From: a virus
Virus record (IMG/VR): IMGVR_UViG_3300002461_001229
Strand: one strand, 5' to 3'
Length of the DNA stretch: 64,000 nt
The notes under the pieces are model-generated. The model ran no database searches. It saw nothing but the letters and a program-made list of their open reading frames with translations, and was not told the DNA's origin. Below, piece after piece: positions 1 to 8,900 of the stretch. Each line of letters opens with the position of its first letter. Position 1 is the stretch's first letter. The position numbers and the translations under genes were made by a program.

Positions 1-61
1 TAACGACACGAATGTCCTTAGCTTCGTCCGAAGCCCGGCCAACTGTTTTTGTAGTAACCCA

Positions 62-241
62 TTACTGGCCATTTGGCTTCTCAGGTGGCGTTGGCTCTAC
101 GTCGTGACCCTCTTCGCGCAACGCTTCCGCGTTCGCTTTGACCTCTAGCCACGTCAGAGATTCCTTCAACGTGACGTTACCGACAATCGTGATCAGCTTG
201 CGGATGATCTCGATCGCTGCAAATAGAAATACGCTGTCCAT
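62..241 (-). CDS. Small hypothetical protein (59 aa) at the end of the lysis cassette
   Basis: Read manually: MDSVFLFAAIEIIRKLITIVGNVTLKESLTWLEVKANAEALREEGHDVEPTPPEKPNGQ. Its ATG overlaps the upstream TAA (TAATG coupling at 241). Confidence 0.65.
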   Translation of the reverse strand: MDSVFLFAAIEIIRKLITIVGNVTLKESLTWLEVKANAEALREEGHDVEPTPPEKPNGQ

Positions 242-711
242 TAGCCTATCCTCCCCTCGACGGCCTGCTTCTTGCCGAAAGCCCCGGCCACGATCAGGAT
301 CGCGGCCTTTAGTGATTCAATGACCGCCAGATACGCGGTCGCATTGGTCACGGCTTTAAGCTTTTCAAGTACAGCGAGGAACCGTGCGACGACCTCCCGG
401 TCGAAGACGGCAAAAAGCCTCTCGACCTCTGCCTTCGGCGCCGAAGATCCGTATGCTTCCTCGGCCTTCTTCACGGCCAGGTCGAATGCGATCCCGCCGT
501 CTGCCAGCAGAATGAAGGCGTCGGCGATGCGGTCCTTCGTGTCTCTGGAAATGACATTCTCGCGGTATAGATCCCGCGTAATGTTCACCCCGGCATTGGC
601 ATAGGACGCGAGCTTCGAGCTTGCGTCCTTCGCCTTCTGGATGCTCTTGTTCGGGCAGCCGGTCAGTATCATGCTCCCGATAACGATCAGTGCGATAAGT
701 AGTTGCTTCAT
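241..711 (-). CDS. Lipoprotein (156 aa), spanin candidate
   Basis: Start re-assigned to MKQLLIALIVIGSMILTGC (hydrophobic signal plus LTGC lipobox). GGAG SD; ATGA overlap with the holin stop. Confidence 0.75.
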   Translation of the reverse strand: MKQLLIALIVIGSMILTGCPNKSIQKAKDASSKLASYANAGVNITRDLYRENVISRDTKDRIADAFILLADGGIAFDLAVKKAEEAYGSSAPKAEVERLFAVFDREVVARFLAVLEKLKAVTNATAYLAVIESLKAAILIVAGAFGKKQAVEGRIG

Positions 712-938
712 TGATTCTCCGTTGGTGTTTCGAACGCATTCCGTTTCGAGATATAGGACCACGCGAGGGCTATGGCGGTCGTGACCAGCGAAAGCACGAT
801 CGCGACGCTCGCGTCGATCGCCGCGTCCGCCTGCTCCTGCGTCACGCCGTAGGCGAACAGCCATCCAGCAACGATGGTTAGAAAGTGCCGGACGATAGTG
901 CCGAGCACGACCAAAAGCGGTTGGTAGTTATGTTCCAT
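708..938 (-). CDS. Putative holin (76 aa, two hydrophobic segments)
   Basis: MEHNYQPLLVVLGTIVRHFLTIVAGWLFAYGV...AIVLSLVTTAIALAWSYISKR, with a basic C-terminus; located in the endolysin cassette. Confidence 0.7.
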   Translation of the reverse strand: MEHNYQPLLVVLGTIVRHFLTIVAGWLFAYGVTQEQADAAIDASVAIVLSLVTTAIALAWSYISKRNAFETPTENQ

Positions 939-939
939 A

Positions 940-1092
940 TCATTTCTCCTTCCAAGCACTCGGCGGATGTGCCTTGTCGTGATCAAGGGCATCCGCGATC
1001 ATTACAACCGAGAACCAGACCGCAAAGACGGCAAGTGCGACCAATACGAACATCGCTACGATCATTGCCATTTCTTTGTCGTGTCGGCTCAT
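940..1092 (-). CDS. Small single-pass membrane protein (50 aa)
   Basis: MSRHDKEMAMIVAMFVLVALAVFAVWFSVVMIADAL...; one TM helix, in the lysis cassette. Confidence 0.55.
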   Translation of the reverse strand: MSRHDKEMAMIVAMFVLVALAVFAVWFSVVMIADALDHDKAHPPSAWKEK

Positions 1093-1103
1093 CGTTTTTC
1101 TGC

Positions 1104-1240
1104 CCGGCGTCCGGCTTGTGGGGCCGAGTTGGCAGGTGAGCGTTCGGGCGGCACCGCTCATCCGCGTATTCGGCGTTTGGTAAGGCTTTTCGCGGAAGTA
1201 TGGTAGATCTTCCTATGAAACCGCCCTGCCCGGACGCCGG
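1104..1240. other. Intergenic structured element (candidate ncRNA or structured UTR)
   Basis: 11-bp terminal inverted repeat CCGGCGTCCGG (1104-1114) / CCGGACGCCGG (1230-1240) encloses further stems (GCAGG/CCTGC, TGAGCG/CGCTCA, GGAAG/CTTCC). Confidence 0.4.
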
Positions 1241-1246
1241 ACCTTG

Positions 1247-1765
1247 TTACGCTGCCGCCGCCTCGCTGCCTTCGCCGTCGAGCAATGCTTCATCGACACC
1301 GCCGACGAGGATCCCTTCGGGGAAGACGTCGGTCAGGGGCGTGCCGTTCTCAATGGTCGACGCGGCAATTCCATCCTCGGCTTTCGGCTCCTCGTCCTGC
1401 GGTTCGCCGTAGGACTCGGTTACGAACGGAGCGAGGCCGGCGACGACCGCCTTGAACAAATAATCCTTTGCCTTCTGTTCGGCCGGCAGCTCATCGTAGG
1501 GCACGAAGCATGGGTGTTCTTTCGTTTCGGCGTCTTTCACCGGACCATACTTCCATCCCTCTTCCTCTTTCTGCTTGAGCCACGATTCGTGGTTGGCTGA
1601 AGGCGGAGCTTCGGGGTTCATAAGACAGAACTCGACGCCCTTGATGGCCGAATCCCGCTGCCATTGCGGAGCGTCGCCCCACGGAAGCTGTGACGAGTCA
1701 CCGAGTATCTGGCAGTAAGCCCGATTCGCCTCGTGACATATTTTTGCGATCTCTTTTGTTTGCAT
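1247..1765 (-). CDS. RyR (ryanodine-receptor repeat) domain protein with an acidic tail
   Basis: HEANRAY...NHESWLKQKEEEGWKYGPVKDAETKEHPCFVPYDELPAEQKAKD matches the RyR domain pattern. Start uncertain (1765 or 1780). Confidence 0.8.
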   Translation of the reverse strand: MQTKEIAKICHEANRAYCQILGDSSQLPWGDAPQWQRDSAIKGVEFCLMNPEAPPSANHESWLKQKEEEGWKYGPVKDAETKEHPCFVPYDELPAEQKAKDYLFKAVVAGLAPFVTESYGEPQDEEPKAEDGIAASTIENGTPLTDVFPEGILVGGVDEALLDGEGSEAAAA

Positions 1766-1770
1766 AGTAG

Positions 1771-2538
1771 TTACACACATCGTTCGATGGCGTCGGCGAG
1801 GGCGACGCACATCTTCTCGAAGTTCGCCTGATAGGCGGCCACATCCCCGGTGTTGGTGAGAAAGCATGTTTCGACGACCAGCCCGCCCGCCCGGCAGAAC
1901 GCGAGACGCGAGTGCTGCCCTTCGGTGTCGGACTTCCAGCCATTCGCTCCGCGAAGCCTGAGCCCGAGCGACGACGCCAGAGCTCCAGCGATATCCTGCG
2001 AGCGAGGCCTGTTGTTCGGAAGCGAAAGTACTTCGATCCCGGTGGCGGTCGGCGGACCCGCGTTGAAATGGAATTCGATCGCGAACTTGGCAAGCGGCAC
2101 GAGGTCTAGCGCTTTTGAGAGCGGATCATTGACGCCGTCCGCTCCGTCCTCGATCACTGCAAAGCCTTTCTGTCGGACGAGGTCGGCCACGCGGTCACGG
2201 ATCTTGACCGCTTCGCGGCCTTCGATGAGCCCGTTGGCGGCAACGCCCTGGTCGCGGCCTGCCGTGTTGGTATGGCCGGCAGAGATACAGATCAGGGCCT
2301 TCCGGCTTATCGGCTTGATCGGCGCCGCAAACCCCTCAAACCCATTCTGCATCGCAACCGAAAGCGTGTCCTCGCCGACAATGCCGTCTGGCGTCAGCGA
2401 GTGCTTCATCTGAAAGCGGCCGGTCGCCGCCTTGGTCAGCGGCCCCCATCGGCCATCGGCACGCAATGCCTCGCCCTGCGTGTTCAGAAAGCCCTGCCAC
2501 GCAAGGATGTTCGCCTGATTGTCGTGTTTCTTGATCAT
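1771..2538 (-). CDS. Endolysin: N-terminal peptidoglycan-binding domain plus N-acetylmuramoyl-L-alanine amidase (Amidase_3)
   Basis: PG-binding repeat ADGRWGPLT...FQ...LTPDGIVG; Zn-amidase motifs ISAGH, E, FHFNA, VETCF. Confidence 0.92.
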   Translation of the reverse strand: MIKKHDNQANILAWQGFLNTQGEALRADGRWGPLTKAATGRFQMKHSLTPDGIVGEDTLSVAMQNGFEGFAAPIKPISRKALICISAGHTNTAGRDQGVAANGLIEGREAVKIRDRVADLVRQKGFAVIEDGADGVNDPLSKALDLVPLAKFAIEFHFNAGPPTATGIEVLSLPNNRPRSQDIAGALASSLGLRLRGANGWKSDTEGQHSRLAFCRAGGLVVETCFLTNTGDVAAYQANFEKMCVALADAIERCV

Positions 2539-2864
2539 CAGTTCTGCGGTTCGCCGACGAACTCGAGTTGGTTGTTGCCGCTTTCGTTCGCGGTCAGGAC
2601 AAAGAGCTGGTCGGTCTCGATCTCGCCGAGGAATTCGGCATCGCCTGCCTCGATCGTCTTGCGGTCGCCCGCGGTCGGCGTCGCCGGACTTGATCCGGCC
2701 TGCATTGAGGCGATGTAAAGGTCAGTGTCGCCTTTGTTCTCAAGCTTGACGTCGCGGTAGCGGCGTGTCTTTGAGGCAAGCGATGAACCGAGAAGTGTTA
2801 AAAGTGGTTTATATTCTGAGGCGGAAAATCCGGCCGTAATGGTTGCGGTGCGTGAGTTTGGCAT
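2538..2864 (-). CDS. Hypothetical protein (108 aa, beta-rich)
   Basis: First ORF after regulatory copy 1; coupled to the endolysin start at 2538. Confidence 0.7.
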   Translation of the reverse strand: MPNSRTATITAGFSASEYKPLLTLLGSSLASKTRRYRDVKLENKGDTDLYIASMQAGSSPATPTAGDRKTIEAGDAEFLGEIETDQLFVLTANESGNNQLEFVGEPQN

Positions 2865-2888
2865 CTGTGACTCCGTGGTGGTAAAAGT

Positions 2889-2954
2889 AAAAAGCTCCGC
2901 AACCTTGGTAAGGTTGCGGAGCTTTCATCCGGTTTGGGCCGTACGGCCGCTTCA
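2889..2954 (-). promoter_or_regulatory. Conserved leader plus intrinsic terminator, copy 1 of 3 (ahead of the lysis operon)
   Basis: TGAAGCGGCCGTACGGCCCAAACCGGATGAAAGCTCCGC-AACCTT-ACC-AAGGTT-GCGGAGC-TTTTT; the 39-nt core recurs at 26657-26723 and 46400-46468. Confidence 0.85.
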
Positions 2955-2964
2955 AATTGGCTAT

Positions 2965-2993
2965 AAAATAAACCTTTAGCCGTTCCTTGTCAA
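2965..2993 (-). promoter_or_regulatory. Sigma70-type promoter of copy 1
   Basis: TTGACA (2993-2988, containing the giant gene's TGA stop), 17-nt spacer, TATTTT (2970-2965). Confidence 0.7.
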
Positions 2994-5900
2994 TATACCC
3001 CTTCAAGTCCGCGGAGCGGCTGCCGTGAACGGCTTGGGCTCCGCCGTCGTGGGCGAGGGCGAGGCAGGTTCAATTCCCCGCCGAAGATCTTCTCCGCGGC
3101 TTCGCGATTTTCGTCGCTCAGCGTCCCGCGACGGCTGCTCGTCGTGAGTTTTCGGCGTAGTTCGGAGCGGAGCGTCGCCTTTTGCTCGTCGGAAAGCTGT
3201 GCCTGGTACTCCTGATACAGAATCAATGCGTCCCGGACGCTTGCCCGCTTCATCCGCTCCGCGAGCGGCTTGGTCGGGGCGTCGGTTACGCCACCGCGCA
3301 TAAGTGGCGTTTTACCGAACAGCTCCTCGGCAGCCGATTGTCGCCGATCGGTCTTTTGTTTGCGGGCCTGCTTGGAGTCCAGCAGAGTATCGATCATCTC
3401 CGTTTCCGATGGCGTCGCGATCTTGCGAACCTCCTTGATGAGCCCGACCGGCATATTGCGGATCTGCAGGAAGAGCGGGTTGACCTCACCACCAAGAAGA
3501 AGCCGTTCAGCCTCTTGCTTGGTCAGGTCGCCGGCTTCGTACATTGCCTTCACTTGCTCGGAGATATCCTCGCCCTGCCGGGCAGCATCGCGGAGCCCGT
3601 TCAGGACGTCGCGGGCCGCTTTCGCCTCTTCGGTTTCGACCGTTGAGCTGAAACGTAGTCCATTGATCTTCGCAGCAAGCTTCTGTGCTTCCGTTCGCTG
3701 CCCTGTGAGCGACTTTTGATAGTGTCCGTACCCGACGCCGAGCATTGTGTGAGCAAACGCGGCCAGAGCGGTCGCAACGCCGCCGTCGTAGCCCGCCTCG
3801 ACCGTCTCTTGGAGGCCGAGAGGCGTTACTCTGGACACGATCGCCTTGTCCCATCGGAATTTTTCTCCGATCACGTTGGAATCCTGCACCCAATCGACCA
3901 TGAGCGAGGCCGGTGGCCCGAGCTTGGTGCGAAGGAAGTTCATCCAAATGCTCGTTTCGACGTTGAGCCCCATTTCCGCCCGGAACTCGTTGACCAGGAC
4001 GCGGCCATTGTCGTCGACGTGGTAGAGGCTGTCGCGGATCAGCCCGTTCGACCACTCGGGCCCGACGAATCGGCGAAGCGATGCCTGGATGATCCGCATC
4101 GTCACGCGAAGCGATTGCTGCATACCGATCAACATGTCCGTCGTGTCTTTGTCCTCCGGACCCCATCTAAGCTTGAGGAAGTCCGCATCGTCCCAATCGA
4201 AACCGATCGTCGCCCCGCCGAGCCATGCCAGCGACATCAACGCCCCGGTCGTGCCGTAGAAGCGGAGCGCATCGCGGAAGACGATCCTCCGGGTTTCCGG
4301 TGGGAGGAAAGCCATGCCGAGCGTCGATTTCCAGAGCAGCTTGAACCGGCTGAGCGTGAACCGCGGAGCGAACAGCGGCAGGTTCATCAGCAGGCTGGCA
4401 GCTCTGGATCCGCCGAGCAGCTCCGGTATCGCGGCCCGCCCGGTCGCGTCGTTGATGTAGGACGCCAACGCACGGTACTCCTTTGGATGAGTTTCGAAGG
4501 TGATCCCGCGGGAAGCCCACAACTCGGCGGTCTGGGCGAACGTCGAAAGCCGTTGAGCGTCGAGGAAGGCGGTGTACAGCTCGTCCGACTTCTGAATGAT
4601 CGCGTTCGGCAGGCGGGCGATATTGAACTTGTGGAAGCTTTTCCCTTTGCTCCAATTCGCCATGTGCCGGAGCATATTTGAGCGGAATTCTTCCTCGCCT
4701 TTCGTGATCGAGAATTCGCCGTGCTTGCCGAGTCCGGCATAGTCCATACCCGCCTGAACGGACAGCTCGAAGTATGGATTGTCCTCCATCGCATCCATCG
4801 TCCGTTCGTAGCCCAGCCGGTTGAACCGCTCCGTTGTCGCATTGAGTAACGCGAGGAAGGCCGGCCCCTGATCCTCCGGCCGGGCGAACATGAACCAACC
4901 GCCCTGCCGAAGCAAGAACGAAAGGTCCGCCGATGCCATTATCGCCCGAGGCGTGTTTATCGCTTCTCGTGCCTGCGAGACGCGGTACATGAATTCGCCC
5001 GAACCGATCCGCTTGAGCTCCTTCTCGATCTCGGCCTGCGATTCACGGGCACGGACACGGCTTGCCGCAACCTCTTTCTCAAGCTGGTGCAGCTCCTCGT
5101 CGCCCTGCTTGATCCGGTCCCGCAGCTCGTCCTTCCGCTCCTCCTCCTCGCGTTTGAATACAAGCCGGGCCTGATCGAGCAGCTCTTTGCCCTCGCGGAG
5201 AGCCTCGCGGGCATCCTTGTTCTTGATCCCGATCGCTTCGAGCAGCCGGTAGAATTCCTGCGCGGACGGCTTGCGATGGATCAGCTCTACCGCAGCCGCA
5301 ACGGCGGCTTCCTGGCCGGGCTTGGCGATGCGGGCAATGACTCCCTCGATCGTCGTCACGGCCTCGGTCTTCTGCCCACGCTCTGCCCGGACACGGTGAA
5401 GCTTGGTGATCAGCACCCGGCGCTCGAGTTCGTCGGCACGGGCCTGAATGATCGCCTCGATATCGTCCTCGGTCAGGTGGTCGCCGAGCTCGTCAATGAT
5501 GGCCTTGATCTCTTTCTTTCGCTGGTTTTCCTTGATCCACACATCCCGCTGACGAAGCGATTCGCGGTGAACGTCTTCAAGATGCGGACGGATGTCCTCG
5601 CCGTACATGGCGATCATTTGCTCGTCGAACGTCAACGGCCGGATCATCTTGTCGGATGGCAGGGCGAGGCCTTCGAGCAGAATGTCGGCGCCGAGGATAC
5701 CCATGTCCTTCAGGATCTCGTCGGGCAGTTTCGCCTCGTCAAAGACCGACATCATCGTCACATCGTCGAGCACCTGCTGTTCGCTTGCCGACATCGGCGA
5801 AACGTGCTGCGGGAATGCCGCCCGGATCAATGCCCGGCTTTGCATTCGCTGTAAGGCGGCAGCGACCGATTCCTTCTGCGATTCGCGGATCTCGGTTACG

Positions 5901-8900
5901 AACTTCTTGCGACGGCCGGTAACTTTTCGCGAGGTCCGGATGGCGTCCTCGGACCCGGCAAGCTCTTGCTTGAGCGCGTCGAGCTGTCGCTGCAGCGATT
6001 CCATTTGACGACGGAAAGCCTCATGCTCAGCGAGGTCAACTTCTGCCTTCCCGGCCTTTTCCTCGATCCGGCGAATGATGTCGGCCGGCAGATCGTTCCC
6101 GACGCCGTGGCGGTCCTGGTACGTCTTTTGGGCGACGGCGATCAGTCCGTCCGTTGTCTTGAGGATCACGCCTGCCGCCCGGATGAAGCGGCCGGCACGG
6201 ACCATCTTCATTGCCAGATGGACGCCGAGGTCGATTGACACGCGGCGAAGCTTGGCAGCCTCGTCCGGTTTCGTCGCCTCGATGCGGGTTGCTTCTTCAC
6301 GGAGCGACTGCTGGATGGAGAACGCGGCGATCGCGTGATGAACGTCGGGGCTTTCCGTGTTCTTGAGGATCTTCAGCACTTCCTCGGTGCTGTTCTCGGT
6401 GAGCATCCGCTTTGCCGCGGCCTGAGCTGCCCGGTCGCTGAACACCGTGTAGATCACATCGTCGGCAGCGATGCCGGCCGCACGCTCGGTGCCGGGCAGG
6501 CTGGCAAGTTCGGTTTTGGAGCGGACGCCGGGGAACTGCTTGGTTTCCGGGATCTCGGACGCGTCGCCGGCTACTTTGCTTTGGGTTTTGGGCTCGAATC
6601 CTTCGAGGTCGTAGGGCTTTGCTCCTTGCTCAGCATCAGGTCGTGGCGCTTCTTGAACTCCGCCAGACGCTCCGCTCGGCTTGCCTTTGGCATTTCCTTG
6701 CGTATCTCGGCCATCAGGTCGGCCGTCTGTGCCAGCATCGACCTCTTTTCGGGCTGCGGCGAGAACTCTTTGGGTTGCTTCTTGGACATGTTCAATCTCC
6801 TCAAATCGACGGAGTGCCGCCTCAACGGCACGCTCAGCGTCCTCATCGGACTTGCCCTCTTTCTTCGTGTCAGCATAGACCTTGTCGGCGAACGACTCAA
6901 GAAACTCGAACAAGTATTCCTGCCCCTCGTCCTTGGTCAGGCCGAGCTCTTCCCAGCTTCCCTCGGCGACCCACGCAGCGACCTCCTCGCGAACGAGAGC
7001 TTTGCTCAGAGCCTCAGCGTTCGCCTTGCTCATGTTGGCGGTTTGGCGAAGCCGCTCGGGGCTGTACTCGGGTTGCTGCGAGAAGAAGCTGTCCCACGCT
7101 TTCCGGACCTGCGGCATCTTGTCGAGCTCGGCCGGGCGTGCATGGCGTTTGGTCAGGTGCTTCTCGACCGAACCGAGATAGACCGCCTGGTGGAAGATCT
7201 CCTGCGGCAGCTTGGCATCGTACACGTAGAACACCGCGGTCTGCTGTCCGGCTTTGCGTGCGTCAGCGATGTCGTTGGCAAGGCCGCTCAGCATAGCGTC
7301 CGCGGCCGGATGCCCCGTTTCGGCCGCGTTGACGGCGGCGGCCATTAACGCCTGTTCGACCTTGATCAGTTTCGCGGCATCGGTGAACAGCCCGAGAAAC
7401 GCCGGATACGTGCTTTCGTCGCCGACCTTTCGCTTCCCTGCCTCGATATCGACCTGCTCGAAAGCCCGGCGAAGCAGTTCCATTGCCGGCAGATTGAGCT
7501 TCACGCGGTCACCGCTGCGAGTGGCTTCCACCATCGGCACGACGTCCTCGATATCGAGCGTCTTGAGGATCTTGATCGCCTGTTTGCGATTTTCTTCCTC
7601 GATCGAATACATCGGCTGCTCATCGGTCGCGAGAGCTTCGCGGAGCGGATCGGTAATGCCCATCGTCCAGACCGGATGCGTCTTACGCCGGAATACCTCT
7701 TTGGCTTCCTTGATGTACTGTTCCGCCGCCTCCCGCGTCAGGAAGGTGCCGCGGTAAGCCGGCAGGCCGGTCGCCGAATCGGTCGCCGTGACCTTGAAGC
7801 GATGCAGGTGCGGAGCGGGGTTGACCAGCTCCAGCTCCAGCTCCTCGACGCGGAAGTCGGTCAGCTTGAGATAGGGATCGTAAGAGATCTCGCCGTTTTC
7901 GACCTTTGCCGCATACCGCCCATAGATCTTCTTCATGTGGGCCGGAATGACCTTGTCGTACAGGTTGCGGAGCGAATCGCCGCCGATCTTTAGCCCGTCG
8001 CCCTCGATGGTGCCGCTTGTCTGTTCGAGTATCTGATTGGCGAGAGCCTTCGGAAACACCTCGGTCAGCTTCCGGTCAACGAACTTGTCCTCCGACGAAT
8101 TGATGATGGTGCCGTGCGGCCCCGCGGTGATCCTGATCGGATCGCGGTCGCCCTTTGCCGTTACGCGGATAAGCGACTGCCCGGAAAGGTTCTTGCTGAA
8201 CTCTATCCGGTCGACCGTTTTCTCGATCGGGTAGCGGGCAAGCTGCTGTTCGCCGGTCGTCCAGGCGACGGCATCAAGCCCTTGGTCGATCGCGTACTGC
8301 ATCGCGTACTTGAGCCCCATCTGCTTGTGGTACTTCTGCAGGACCGCGGGCATCTTCGCCATGTTGTCCTCGTCCGGCCCCTGAACCTCGTGGACCATCA
8401 GCGCGCGACGGCCATCGTCGAGCGTGACCTTGTCCATCCGGATGCGGACGACCGGGTTCTTGACGTCGGCATACTCGGGATGCCCGTCGATCCAGCCGCC
8501 CTCTGCGAACGGAGCGGTGAGGAACATTTCCTTGTAGTCCTCACGCGAAGCCGGGAACGGTTCGGCATAGCCGCGGAACTTGGCCGAGTCCTGATCGCCG
8601 TCCCAGCCGAGCGCGAGCGGTTCGACGACGATCTTGCTGGCCCGGATCTTCTTGAGCAGCTCGTCCTTCGTGATGGATCTTGCCCCGAGGTCCGCTTGCA
8701 GCTGGACGAACACATCCAGCAGGGTGTGATCAAGCTCCTCCGCGCGGATGCCGGGCAGCTTATTGATCACGTTCATTACCTGATCGACCGAGAACTTCTC
8801 TTGCTTGAGCCCTTCGACCGCCCGCTCGAGCCCGGAGTAGAACCGGACCTCTTTTCGTGCCGGTTCGTAGATCGAGAACATCGGCTGCCCTTCGTCCATG

